Origin: Peribolospora baueri
Taxonomy: Eukaryota
Length of the DNA stretch: 64,000 nt
Reading direction: 5' to 3'
NCBI GenBank assembly: GCA_029717555.1
Contig: JAMDHS010000016.1
Coordinates: 124,001 to 188,000, forward strand
Shown here: positions 37,117-49,954 of the stretch, piece after piece
How the letters are laid out: every line of letters begins with the position of its first letter
Numbering within the stretch: position 1 is the stretch's first letter
The notes under the pieces: generated by a model
The model's database searches: none
What the model saw: the letters and a program-made list of their open reading frames with translations, nothing else
What the model was told of the DNA's origin: nothing
Program-made: the position numbers and the translations under genes

Positions 37117-37145
37117 CGGAGGACGCGATGCGATGAAGGCGGAAT

Positions 37146-38823
37146 TCAAAGCCTCGACATATACTGAAGCGCTGTGCCTCCGTCGGAGGTGATCACCGTG
37201 CCCGTCGTGTGCGACGCCGCGCGCGAGCCGAGGTAGAGAGCCAGGCCGGCAATGTCTTCTGGCGTGCCGATTCGACCTGCCGTTCGTGCCCATGAATGCG
37301 GGGTGGAAAACCGGAGAGGAGCGGCTCGTGAGCGACAAGCTAGAGACAGGCCGAGGCGAACGAAGCGCTATAACTCACCGTTGAGGGCGCCAGCGCCATA
37401 GAACTCCTCTCCGTAGTTCTTGATGCCGTACGCGGTCATGCGGCTGGGATAAACGCCGGGGGCGATGGCGTTGGCGGTAACGTGCTTCTCGGCCAACGTG
37501 AGCGCGAGGGTGCGGGTGAGGTGCATGGCGGCCGCCTTGCTGGGCTGGTAGGAGTAGGTGCCCGAGCCTGGTGCGGAGAGGGCGCCTTCGGCCATGGGGC
37601 TGATGCCCGCGACGGAGGACACGTTGATCACCGAGCCAGGGTCTGCGAACCAAGGGGGTAGAAGACAAGGCGCCACCGCCACCGTCTAAGCACAGCCGGG
37701 CGGCGAGGTGGGAACGTGTGATGGCGTCGACAAAGACAGAGGGAACGCACTGATGTTGTCCTTGCCTACTTCCAACAGCGGCAAAAGCCTGATGAGAAAA
37801 AAGGGGGCACCGAAGAAGGCGCGACGAAGCAGGGACAGGCGGAGACAAGACAAGTAGGTCAGCCACAAAGTCCGCAATGGCATTCCTCTTACATCCGCGG
37901 GCAAACTTACGCCACGGTCAGATAGAAGAGCGCCTTGACGTTCAAGTTCATGATCTTATCCCTGCAATTGGCGAGAATGAAAAAGCTTCGTGAGCGTGGC
38001 CACCGCTCGGTCGGTTGGCAAGCATGTAGCCCGCGGAGACGAGGACGGGGACGCACCAGCCAGAGGCCTCGGGAAAGTCGGTGAGCGGCGCGCCCCACGA
38101 TGCGCCAGAGTTATTCACAAGGATATCGATCCTGAAGCGGAGGGAGAAAGGTGGTCAAAACAGGGAGTGAGCTCGGATCGCCGTCTGCACCACTCTCGCA
38201 GGACGGTCCCGGCACGATCTCCCTCTCGTAAGGCGAGCCAAGCACCCGCTTCTACCGAGCCATCCGACATGCGCACTCGACGTCCCCCTCGCTCACCTCT
38301 TTTCCTTCTTCTTGATCTCGTCCGCCAGATTATCGCAGCCGGACTTGGAGCTCAAGTCGCTCTGAATGGGAATACAAGCGGGGCCGTCGAACGCGGAGGG
38401 GGAGGCTGCGATCTTGGAGAGCTGGTCGGCCGTCTTTCGGAGTTCGTCCATCTTGCGCGAGGAGATGTACACTTTGGCCCCGTTTTGGACGTACGCCGTG
38501 GCAATCACTGTCAAAGGGCGCACGCAAGCAGGTCATGGAAGAAGGATGGAGTTGGATCAGGCTCAGGGGAACAGAACCGCCAGCGCACGGCCGTAGACTC
38601 GTCCAGCCGCCTGTACCTGCCCCCGTAGAGAAAGCGCAGAGGAGGGTAGGGCATGGACGGCGAACAAGGCGCGGGATACGGATACGGATACGGATACGAT
38701 GTACCCACTCTTGCCGATGCCGCTGCCTCCGCCGGTGACGACGGCCACCTTGCCCTTGACGGTAAATAGCTTGTCGAGGCCGAGGTCGGGGACCTTGTCC
38801 GGGAGGGACGCGTCTTTGGGCAT
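37146..38823 (-). CDS. Classical short-chain dehydrogenase/reductase (RhlG-like) with C-terminal PTS1 (SRL)
   Basis: [30 protein letters not shown] (YxxxK) and NAIAPG. The last exon reads [29 protein letters not shown]. Confidence 0.9.
38674..38697. repeat. (GGATAC)4 tandem repeat inside the first SDR intron
   Basis: Read directly from the sequence. Confidence 0.85.
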
Positions 38824-39502
38824 CGTTTGCGAGCGAGCGGCGAGGTCGTGTCTTGGAACGGGACAAGGAGACAGAGGGTGTGGTTGCGGTAATGAGAGAA
38901 AGGGAGGATATTTAAATGAAAGGGTGGGACGAAAGAAGGTGAACAGCTGGCCCCCGTCTCTCCGCACCCCCCGCAAGAAGCGGTGCCTGATCTTTGCCGT
39001 CTCCGGCTTTCGATCGGGCCGGTGGTGCTCGAGCGCTGAACATCCGGATCGCCGGCCGCGTCTCTTCTCTTAACCAGCATCGGCGCACACGGCTGGGCCA
39101 CCACTGACTTCCAAGGGCCCTTGTCGACATGTCTTTCAAGTTTACTTATCAAAGCGGGAGGTAGGGACGCACGGTAGGCAACCGAGACGCCGGCACATGC
39201 GATGCGAAAGAAGGCCCTACCGCGCACGCTGGCCGAGCCGGCGCGTGTGCGAGGGGGAAAGAGACGGCGGCGAAGCGAAGAATGGCCGACACGAAGAGAC
39301 GGATTGGGGGGGATGACGAGATTCTTATGGGCCATATGCGAGAAGGGAGACGGCGCGAACATGGCGTGGATGCCTTCGTCGTCTTCGCTTATGGTACCTG
39401 AACTCGCACGCACAGCCCTGGGACTCTCCAACCGGCTGCCAGATCGGTGTGGAGGTGTTCGTCGCTGCCAGTCATGTCATGGGACGCCGCGGTCTATGCA
39501 GT

Positions 39503-40830
39503 CTATTCAGAAGGCTTCTCGGCCTCGTCTAATGCGTTCCAGATCTCCTGGCAAGCCCGTTCGACCATGTCGTCCATGCTCATCTCCTCGGCTTGGAAAA
39601 GCACCAAGCGCTGCACCGGTCCGCCGTCCTCCTTCTCCGCGCCGGCGCGTGCGTCCGAAGGTATGCGCACACGACCCTTCTCGACGTCGCCGCCCTCAAG
39701 TATGCGAGAGTGGGCGATCTCATAAGCCGGCCACACGATGCGTTCGAAGTATTGGGGGGGATCCTGCGGGGTGTAGATAACACGGATGGTGAGACCCAAC
39801 TCGGAATCTTTCCTCTCTCACCCCTTCCCTCCTCGCTGCCACTCTCACCTTCCAAAAACCGCCCTCTGGATCGGATTGCACTCAAAACAGAGAGGAAGGG
39901 ACGGGCGCGGATCAGGCAAAGAAACGGCCGGGGCGGAGATGAGGATGAGAAGGGACTCACCGGCAGTATAGTACCCGCTCCGGTTCTCTCTCCGGCGAAG
40001 CAGCTCTTCCCTGCTGACCCGCAAGAAGAGTCGTACGTCCAGGTACTCGACGACCCTGCGATCCCAGTACAACAGAAAGCCGTCCGCCAGCACAAAGGTC
40101 GTCTTTCCTGCCCTGCGTCGACGGACCGCGAAACGTCGAGCAAACTTTTCGCGCCATCGCTCCTCGACATCGGGAGAGAGGGGCACGGTCTCGAGGACGT
40201 TGAGGTGATCGTGCGAGGAGAAGTCTGGTGGAAGAGAGTGATGAGACCGGATGTAGGAGAGCACTCGAACCATCCGGTCATAATCGATGCTGGATACGCG
40301 AGATAAGCCGAAGATGGCGACGATTGGAATGAGCCCATCCCTGTCTAGTCTTCACTCAAGCACGACCCATCCCACTGACCCCACCGCTCACCTTCCATAT
40401 GGCGTGTCCCAGTCCTCTACCTGCCACTTCTCGTTCCAGGGCACTTGACCTTCCGGCGGTGCAAAGTCGTCCTGATGGAGTATGAACGCAGCGTGCGATG
40501 GACCAGGACCGTTGGAAGACGGGTGAGGTCGCGTGACACTGCCGGTGTCGGAGTCACCCACTGGTGGTCGTCCAGCTGGCGGGAACGGCCCGGATCCATT
40601 GCCATCGGGAGAGAGGATTCGGAGGAGATGCTTGGAAAGTGTGGTCTTGCCCGAGCACGTCGCGCCGCTGCGTATGGGGGAATCCGTGGACGGTCAAAGC
40701 AAAGGAGCTCGGCCGATCGTGAGCATACGCCGGTCCGGTACGTTCGAAGGGGCAACGAAACGAGGAGCGGATTCGAGCTCAAGACGCACCCGACCCCGAT
40801 CACGAACGTCTCATCGGTCTCGTTTGGCAT
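39503..40830 (-). CDS. NRK1: Nicotinamide riboside kinase (multi-exon, includes 17-nt exon 39865-39849)
   Basis: Spliced VIGVG|GATCSGKTTL P-loop, ILHQDDF, DWD, DGFLLY and RRENRSGYYTA|EGGFWK|DPPQYFERIVWPAY. Confidence 0.88.
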
Positions 40831-42512
40831 TTTTAAAAGAAAGTGGGGACCGCTTTGCTGGACTGGTCTGGTGATCGCCTCTGTGTGTGCCGACTTGTGA
40901 TTTCCTTCCATGGGTGGGGTCGCTAGATGTTGGCACGGCCGCAGCTCGTCGCCGTTTGGCCCGTGCACGCCTTTCGCTCTCCGTCCGTCATCCGCGAAGC
41001 AACGCTTGGCTGGCTTCTTTGTTCCACAACGCCTCCATGAGGTAAGGAACAGTGCTTCACTTCTGTACATCGGCGCCGCTCAAGCACCAGGCGTCGACGC
41101 CTGCCGCCTGGCTATCGATATCGGACGGAAAGGCAAGCAAAGTTTTCCCCGAGCACATTGGTCGCCCAAACACGCTGCGTGAACGATCAGACCCGGGCCG
41201 CACCGGTGCAACTACAAGGTCGCATATACGGACTGAGTGTGGGATTTGGATTAAATAGGCAATGAAGAAACGCAACGGGTGGAAGAGGGTAATCAAGCCC
41301 ACCAAAACGTCGGGCACAGGCGCCGTAGGACACCGGAGAGAACAGCCGTGCGGGTCACCACGCTTTGCTAACCGACTTGCCTCGGGTCCGGGCCAAGACA
41401 CGAATACACTCGCCCCGCCGCCAGAAGCTTGGAGTGAAAGACGAAAGCCACTTGCGCGCTTGCCCTGTCTGGAGCGCCTCGATGGCGGATCCCACAGCAC
41501 ACCCTTTGGAAGCGGCCTTGGAACTGGGACGTTTCCGTCTCGTCTCATCAGGAGGCTTCGTCGTCGCCCCGGTCGAATTGGCTGAGCGCCTGAACAGGGT
41601 TCGTGAACGACTGACTAAAATTAAATTGTCACACTCGACCGGAGTGCCGGACCACATCGCTGGGCCGGACTGCTTCCCTAGAGGCCTGGCCCGCACAAAC
41701 GTGTCGAGGGTGCCTCTGATGTGGGTGGTAAATGGGCCTTTGAAGGCGATTTTGGGCAGTTTCCGGGTCTTCCTCATGACCTGCAGGGTGACGACTCTGT
41801 AATGAATGAGGCTTAAGGAAAGGCCCCCGCGCTGCAGACTGCGTCCTTGCCGCGCCTGCTCCGAGGCGTGCTCTTGGTCCCCATGGAATCCTTGGCCCGA
41901 TCGTAGGCGGGTTGGACGCGGCTCTATCCGCGGTCGGATGCACGTACTCCGAGCTGCTTTGCCTCCTTCGAGGCGTTAAAAACGGTTGCCTCTAGGAGGC
42001 CCCATCGCGATGGCCGTCAGCGCGGAAGGAAAGACGGTCTGAAACGAATGGCGTGGACGCCACGGTTGGCACGTGACCGCACGTGGACTGCCGCAGCAGC
42101 GACGGGACATCCGGTTTTGTCGTCATCGTTGCACGGGATGGCTGGACGGACCGGAAAGCCGGAGTCGAGGTGGGAGACGACGGAGGACTTGGTTGGATCT
42201 GTCCGTCCACTCACTTTTCCACGAAGACAGGTGTTGTGTGTGCTGTGTGCTTTGTGCTGTACAGACCCTGCACGAAGATACATACAGATCGTGCTGTACA
42301 TGTGAGTCGCACCGTCGGAGCGTGGCCGGATCCAGCCCGCCGGCGTCCGTCCGGATGCTTGTCGAGATCGCATCTCTTGTCGATCAACCCTCGCCCTGAC
42401 TCCAACCCTGACTGCCCGCCAGGGCATCTGCCCCCCCCCTCTGAACAATCCTTCAAGCTTTGCTTCTCACGTCCAACGTCCTGCCAGACGACGACGACGA
42501 CGACCCCCGCTC

Positions 42513-45379
42513 ATGTTCCGACGCGCTTCGTCCAGGCGCTTGCTCGTCGCCGCCGGCGTGGCGGCGCCCGTGCTCGCCACCTCGTACTACACCCTCACCT
42601 CCCAACGAGGCTCCTCGCGCCGGGGCGACGAAGAGCCCGTGTCGCCCTACGCTTCTCTCTGGCGCTCTTCGCCCATCTACAACGACGCCCCTCCCTCCTT
42701 CACCCCGCAGGACAACCGTCCCGACCCGCTATGGGTGCCTCCCTCGCGCGCACAGATGCTCGCTGCCCTTAAGGCGAGCACTAGCAAGATCCTCCGTCCC
42801 AAAGGCACCATCACCGATGGAGGCGATCACGGCGCTCCCGCAGACAAGGACGACGATGACGACGGTTTCGACCTCCTCATCGTAGGCGGAGGCGCCACCG
42901 GTGCGGGCGTCGCCGTCGACGCTGCCACTAGGGGTCTCAACGTTGCCCTGGTCGAGAGGGATGACTTTGCTGCCGGTGAGCGAATCTTTGATATTTCTCC
43001 GTTCTCTCGCCCGTCATGGTAGCGAGTGCGCTGACATGACCGATGGCACCCCGCCATTGCCCTCGTTGCTCAGGTACTTCGTCCAAATCGACCAAGCTCG
43101 TCCACGGCGGTGTCCGCTATCTCCAGAAGGCCGTGATGGAGCTCGACTACGAGCAGTACAAGCTCGTCCGCGAGGCGCTTCACGAGCGCAAGACCTTCCT
43201 TCACATCGCTCCTTATCTCAGCAGCGAGCTTCCCATCATGCTCCCAATTTACAAGTAAGCGCCCGCTTTGAGCCTTTTGGTTTCTTGCTGAGCCGCTTAT
43301 GGAACCGGCACGTTGTCCTGTTGTTCCCTTGCCAGATGGTGGCAGGTCCCGTACTACTTTGCGGGCACCAAAATGTACGACGTGCTCGCGGGCAAGCAAA
43401 ACATGGAAAGTTCCTACTTTATGGGCGCCGGAAAAGCTCTGCAGGAGTTCCCGCTCATTCAGAAGGAGAACCTCGTCGGCGCTGTGGTCTACTACGATGG
43501 TGAGCGGCCCCGTCGTAGAGCTTGGTATGGGACTGCGCTCCGATCCTTACTCCTTTCTTCTTCTCGTGTAGGCCAGCACAACGACGCCCGCATGAACACG
43601 GCGCTTGCGCTCACCGCCGTGCACCACGGCGCCGTCGTCGCCAACCACACCGAGGTCGTCAGTCTCATCAAGAACCCTGACACGGGAAAGATCAAGGGTG
43701 CGCGCGTGAGAGATGTGTTGACCGGAGAGGAGTGGGACGTCAAGGCCAAGGGCGTGATCAACGCCACCGGTCCGTTCAGCGACGGACTGCGACAGATGGA
43801 CGAGCCGACGGCGCGGGAGATCGTCTCGCCGTCTTCTGGCGTTCACATCACCTTGCCTGGCTACTTTGCCAAGAACATGGGTCTTATCGACCCGGCGACG
43901 TCGGACGGCCGCGTCATCTTCTTCCTTCCTTGGCAGGGCAACACGATCGCGGGCACGACGGACGCTGCGGCGCCGCTGGAGCCGCATCCGAGGCCCAAGG
44001 AGGAGGAGATTCAGTGGATCTTGGATGAAGTGCGCAAGTACATCACGCCCGACGTCAAGGTGCGTCGTGGAGACGTGCTCTCCGCCTGGTCCGGCCTTCG
44101 TCCCCTGGTGCGCGACCCGGCGGCGAAGAACACGGAGAGCCTGGTGCGGAACCACCTGATCAACGTCAGCCCGTCGGGACTGCTGACGATCGCTGGAGGC
44201 AAGTGGACGACGTACCGGGCCATGGCCGAGGAGACGGTGGACAGGGCCGTGGAGGAGTTTGGTCTGAACCCGGTGCGGGAGTGCGTGACGGCTCGGACGC
44301 GTCTGATCGGCAGCCACGGCTGGAACAAGAACATGTACGTCAAGCTGCTCCAGCACTTTGGCCTCGACACCGACGTGGCCAAGCACCTCGCCGACACGTA
44401 CGGCGACCGGGCGTGGAGCGTGTGCTCGATTGCCGAGCCGAGCGGGCAGCGATGGCCGGTGCACGGGACCCGACTGGACCCGAACTACCCTTACATCGAG
44501 GCCGAGGTGCGATACGCGTGTAGGAGCGAGTACGCCCAGACGGCGACCGACTTTTTGGCCAGGAGGAGCCGGCTGAGTTTCCTGAACACGCAGGCGTCGC
44601 TGGAGGCGTTGCCGAGGGTGATCGAGATCATGGCGTCGGAGCTCGGGTGGGACAGGAAGAGGCAAGAGAAGGAGTTTGACGAGACGCTGAGCTACCTCGG
44701 TAACATGGGCTTGCCGCCCAACAAGACGAGCGGCCTCAAGCTCAAGGACATGGAGGGCGTTAGGAAGGCGCGCCTCATGCGGGCCCCTGTTCAACAAGCC
44801 AACGACGACGCTCTGTTCAGGTGGGTAGGCGGGCGGGAAGAAGGCAGAGAGGCATGTTGACTGACGCGCCTTCGGATGTGTCCTGTTCCGACGGCAGTCG
44901 TGCCGAGTTCTCTACGGAGGAGATGGAAGCGCTGCGAGGCAAGTTTGAGCAGCTGGACGTGAACAAGGACGGCAAGCTGGACGCGAACGACCTGGAGAAG
45001 GTTCTGCTCAAGCTCGGCTACCGAGACGTGGGCGCATCGACGGTGGAGGGCATCATCAAGGAGGTGGACTACTACAAGCAGGGTGGTCTGCACTTTGAGG
45101 ACTTCCTAGACGTGAGTTGGGGGAGGGGGGGCGGTGGCGTCGTTGGTCATGGACGGCGTTGATCGAACGCTTGTCATTTCCGCTTTGTCACACACACAAC
45201 AACAGATCGTCGCCGGGCTGAAAGAGGTGTCGCTGGAGAACGCGTTTACGCGGATCCTGTCGTCGCTGCCGGAACGCCAGGGCGGGGTGGACGCGGTGGG
45301 CGAGTACGCGAAAGAGGAGAGCGAGCGGCGGAAGCAGGCGCGCACGATCCCCGTCGAGAAGAGCGGCGGTGGGTGGTGA
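42513..45379 (+). CDS. GUT2: Mitochondrial FAD-dependent glycerol-3-phosphate dehydrogenase with C-terminal EF-hand
   Basis: Presequence [77 protein letters not shown]-hand [12 protein letters not shown] and C-terminal IPVEKSGGG. Confidence 0.96.
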
Positions 45380-45471
45380 GCGCGTGAGGAAAGTGGCGAG
45401 GCAAAGCAAAGCGAAGCAAAGCAAAGCAGGCGGACGGACGCGCGTCGTCCGTTGAATATCATCACAGTGTC

Positions 45472-45496
45472 CGGTTCGGTTCGGTTCGGTTCGGTT
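45472..45496. repeat. (CGGTT)5 microsatellite
   Basis: Read directly from the sequence. Confidence 0.9.
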
Positions 45497-46819
45497 CGGA
45501 AACGCTGTTGTCATTTGTATCGTTTTGGCCTTTGTCCACTGCCTGTCCTTTCCTTTTTTTTTCTTTCTTTTTGTCCATTGCCGATATTGGAAAGGAAACG
45601 GAATTCAGAATTCAATTCATGTCGGCTGCCCGAAAAAAAGAGATGACGGGGTAACGACACCGGTCTGGTCTGGTCTGTCTGCCTGTCTTTCCGTCGGACT
45701 GACTGGCTGACTGACTGCTCTCGTGCGAGGCGATCCGAAGACAACTTCGGCGGTGCGCCGAGAAGAGAACGGCGGGATAGAATGGAATAGGATGGATTGG
45801 GTGGGGCGGGGGCGTTTACTGGCAGACGAGACGAGTGAGTGGGAAACGGAAGGTGCGCAGCCACTGACTTTACTTAGACTGACGCGGCGGGCGGCAGCAA
45901 AGATGGGCCGGGCGTACGTGGGCGGGTGGGTACACGAAGGGGACCGACCACGTCACAGAGAGCACGGAGAGCACGGTCTTGGGTGGACGACGTTGTTAGT
46001 GCGCTCCGCTCCGTGGGCACACGCACACGCTCGGGCACGGGCACGGCCACGCACTGTCAGTCAACAAAAGAAAGGGATCGATGCGATGATGCCATTCAGG
46101 ACGGAGACGGAGACGGATGTCGTTCGGTAGTTCGTTCGTTCGTCCGTTGCGCAGTCCCGCCGGAGAAGGACAGCACAGCACAGTACCGATCCGGGTGCGC
46201 GGGCATGGACGGCATGTGAAGAGGGTGTGAGCAGAGTAGAGAGAGAGAGAGACAGGAGCCATCTGACCGACAGTCGGCAACAGCGGCGAGCTGGCTCGCT
46301 AGCTTGCCTTGCTTGCTTCCAATAGGAGGACGGCGGCGATCCGGCGTCGCCCTCGTCTGGTCTTGTCGTTGGAGAGAAGCGTGTGAAGCGCGATGGTCCC
46401 GAAATTGGGGACAGCGACGTGGGCGTCTTTCTTTCTGTCTGTTGTCTATTCCCGGCTGTCTGGCTCGCCGGACCAAATGAGAAGGCACGATGACACACGC
46501 ATGCTCCATCCAGTGCTCACGGCGTTGATGACGACGACGTGCGGCTTAGGGCCGGAGGAAGACGAGGGCGGACTTTCTGGGCGGCATCCTTAGCCTCGGC
46601 GGGTCCAAGCGTTAGCAGCGTTAGTGGAGGAATATGGGAAAGCGTCCGTCTTCGTCGTCTTTTTAGCCATCAACGCCGACGATGACCCATGACCGCACCA
46701 CCATACGACACCGCGTCGACGGCGTGGTGGGTGTGTGTGTGATATAGGGCGAGGACCGGGGGAGCATTGTGTACAGGAAGCGAAGGACATCGGTGGATAC
46801 ATACATACGAAGGAGCGGG

Positions 46820-46902
46820 ACGAACGGACGAACAAAAGAACGAACGGACGAACGAAAGGAAGAACGAACGACGAACGAACGAACGACGAACGAACGAACG
46901 AC
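46820..46902. repeat. Imperfect CGAA/GAAC-rich simple repeat tract
   Basis: Run of cgaa and gacgaac units. Confidence 0.8.
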
Positions 46903-48187
46903 GGAGGCTCATCGCGGCGTCTTCCCCCCGCACTGCACCTCTGCAGCACACTCGCCTTTCATTCTGTGCTCTGCGTCGAAGGCGGCGACAACAAGGACGA
47001 TGACGATGCATGCCACGGAAGCGCCCACGTCCACATCGCGTCCGCACACGTTAGGATGTGGCGTGGAGTGGACCGCAATTCGGGTATAAGGGAGACGAGA
47101 TAAGGCCAGGCAAGGGTTAGGAGAAGGAGACTGAGGCAAGATTGCGAGCGAGCGAGCGGGAAGCAAGCAAGCTCGTCCATCCCGCTTGTCTGTCTGCGCA
47201 TCTGTGTCTCTCCCTATGCCTTGCTCACTCTCTCCTGTTCCTTGCCCTGTGTAAGGGCAGGCTTGCTCTCCCCTGACGATCTCGGACGATCACCAAGTGG
47301 CCGGCCAAGGCGCCGATTTGCTAGCAGACAGACAGACAACGAAGGGCGAAAGCACGGACGGAGTGAGCACAAGTTGGTTTTTACTAGGCCCGGAAGGAAA
47401 GACAAACTACATCCATTTGTCGCAAGCGACCGGCGGGTGAACCGAGGAAGCGTCACCGCCACGGCGGGCGTTGGCGTTGGTGGTCGCGCAGATGGCCGAC
47501 GCTAGAAGGTCGTACGAAAGAGAAGATTTCGTACTACGATCATCATCGCCCACCATCTATCTACCTCTCTCCCCGCCTTGCTTCCATCCTTCTCTCACGC
47601 ACACCATCCCAAGCCAACGCCCGTATCATGCCACGGACGGACGCCGTTCGCCAGTCCAAAAACGTTGATGGCCGGCACCCTCGGTTCGCCGACCGGACGC
47701 CTCCAGTGCCCCGCCGAACGTTCTGACGTCGTGTCGCCTCAGCTTACTGACCTCTTCTCTTCTCTCTCCCCAGCGTCGGCCGCCGACCGTCGCCCATGTC
47801 TCCCTTCTCCCTCCCAGTAGCCGCACGCTAACCCTCCTACTAACCAACCGCCTTCCCCCGCCTCATCGCCTCATCTCTCTTCCGACCTAACTAGAAGCCG
47901 ACGCTCGTATCGTCTCCTCATTGGTGCCACTCACAGTGCCCACAGCGGATACACATTCTCTCTCTCTCTCTCTTCCCCCTTTTCCCTCTCCTCTCCAGTC
48001 GCCCCCTTCAGCAGGACCCACATAAAAAGCTGGCAGACATCGTGGAAGCCTTCTCCTCCCCCTTCCTCACGTTCTACCACCCAACTGAACTTCGTCCCAC
48101 TCCCACCTACACCTAACCTTTCCTTTCGCTCTTTAGCGCCCTCACACTCGTTTAACTCAACTAACGACCCACCCCCCAACCAACACC

Positions 48188-49085
48188 ATGTACTTCAAGA
48201 GCCTCTCCGCTGTCGCCCTCGGCGCTCTCTCCCTCTCCGGCGCCGTCTCGGCCCGCATGCAGCCCCGCCACAAGGGTGCTATGCGTCGCGCTCAGGATGC
48301 CACCAGCCAGCTCAACGCTGCCTTCACCACCCTCCAGACCGACCTCCAGAACGCCCTCGGCCAGGTCCGTGAGTATCCGACCGCGTTTTCCTCTCATCAT
48401 CATACTACAGCGGCCGCCCTTCGCTCACCGACAGTACCCTATTGTCGTTACAGAGCAACTCGGCGCCGGCATCACCCAGATGACCCCTGAGCTCCAGACC
48501 GCCATCAAGGCCGTCGAGTCCGCCACCTCCCAGGCCAACTCCAAGGTCAACAGCGTCGTCAAGACCGCCGCCTCCAAGCGCCAGGAGGAGGAGGCCGAGG
48601 CCGACATCGACGTCGAAGTCCGTGATGCCGTCAACCCCACTGCCATCGTCAACAACGTCCAGAGCACCGTCTCCGACCTCGCCAGCAAGCTCGGTGCCTC
48701 CGGTGCCACCCAGGAGCTCAATGCCCTCGTCCAGCAGCTCCAGGGCCAGCTCGGCCAGCTGACCAGCCTCCTCCCCATCGGCCTCAAGCGCGACGCCTCT
48801 GACGCCGTCGTCAGCTCGGCCAACACCGCTCTCTCCTCCTTCAACTCGATCGTCACCTCCCTCGAGTCCAAGGCTACCGGCCTCCCCGTCCTCGGCCAGC
48901 AGCTCGCCCCCGCCTTCCAGAACTTGAACAACGTCATCGGCCAGAGCGAGAACGTCGTCACCGGCCTCGTCTCCCAGCTCACCCCCGTCCTCGGCCCCAT
49001 CACCCAGGTCGCCAACAAGCTTAACATCAGCGACGCCTTCTCCACCGTCGCCGGCCTCCTCCAGGGTCTCGGCCTCCCGCTCTAA
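48188..49085 (+). CDS. Secreted Cys-free amphipathic protein (~270 aa) with dibasic Kex2-type sites; intron 48369-48453
   Basis: Signal peptide MYFKSLSAVALGALSLSGAVSA; sites MRR, SKR and LKR; extreme C-ending codon bias; spliced length 813 nt, in frame. Confidence 0.85.
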
Positions 49086-49666
49086 GCAGAGCGACCCTAT
49101 CCCGTGATGGTGATGATGGTGGCGGCAGCCGTGATGGTAGAGCGGAAGCAGTAGTCGTCGTTGCTCCTCAGGCCCGCGTCTCGATCTCGACTCGACTCTG
49201 GGCGGATACCCCTTTGTGACCCCTCCCTTTCCCCATCTTTAGTTTCTCCACGCCTTCTATTCCTTCTTGTGTCAGTCGGTCAGGAAAAACCGTCGACGAC
49301 GACCAAAAAACCTATTGTTTTTTCGTTTCGTTCGTTGGCTGGCTCCCCTGTACTCCCCTTACTCCCCTTTCGCACTTCGTTCTGCCCTTTACCTTTTCGA
49401 CCCCCCTTTCTTAATGGAAAATTGCAACCGAATAGAATATGTGTGATTTGAGTTACAGAACAGGAGGTTGCGCGGACTGCGGGGTGGTGGGAGGTGCCCC
49501 TATCTATTCAGTCAGTGTGGTGTGGCTCGCGCTGGCTTGGCTTTCCTTCTTTACTACCTGGTACATACATACATACTATATACTGGCAGCGACGACTTGT
49601 CTGAAGAGAAGAGAAAATGCGACGCGGCAAGACGGCGGTCATCGGTTGTATGTATGTACATGAATA

Positions 49667-49690
49667 CGAACGAACGAACGAACGAACGAA
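49667..49690. repeat. (CGAA)6 microsatellite
   Basis: Read directly from the sequence. Confidence 0.9.
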
Positions 49691-49954
49691 ATCCATCTAT
49701 CACACCGCCGCCCTCCCTTTCTCCCATCTCAGGTCCCAAATCGTATCCCCCCCCTTTCTTATGTCGCTTTGTTTTGGGCGTCGGGAGGAGGTAAGGGAAC
49801 GGAAAGTTTGTCCGTTTCGTCTGACGGGGCGGGGCGAGTGGGAGAAAGGCAGAAAGGGAGGACGTCGGTCGCGCTCTTTCGTCGCCGCTTCCACCCTCTT
49901 CTCACGCGTTCTTCATAGGCACGCCGGTCGACAATCCCATCTTCTTTCTAACCG

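Noticed and set aside
41565..41645. A-box/B-box-like words (TGGCTGAGCG, GGTTCG) inside a CCGGTCGA/TCGACCGG inverted repeat; considered a tRNA
   Set aside because: It cannot be folded into a cloverleaf and the spacing is wrong.
43547..44797. Long antisense ORFs (416 aa here, also 6527-7543 and 12486-13553)
   Set aside because: These are shadow ORFs produced by strong GC3 codon bias in the real genes on the opposite strand.
47828..47846. CTAACCCT / CTAACC resembling a telomerase RNA template or telomeric repeat
   Set aside because: It is shorter than a 1.5-repeat template, lies in a pyrimidine-rich promoter and has no supporting structure.
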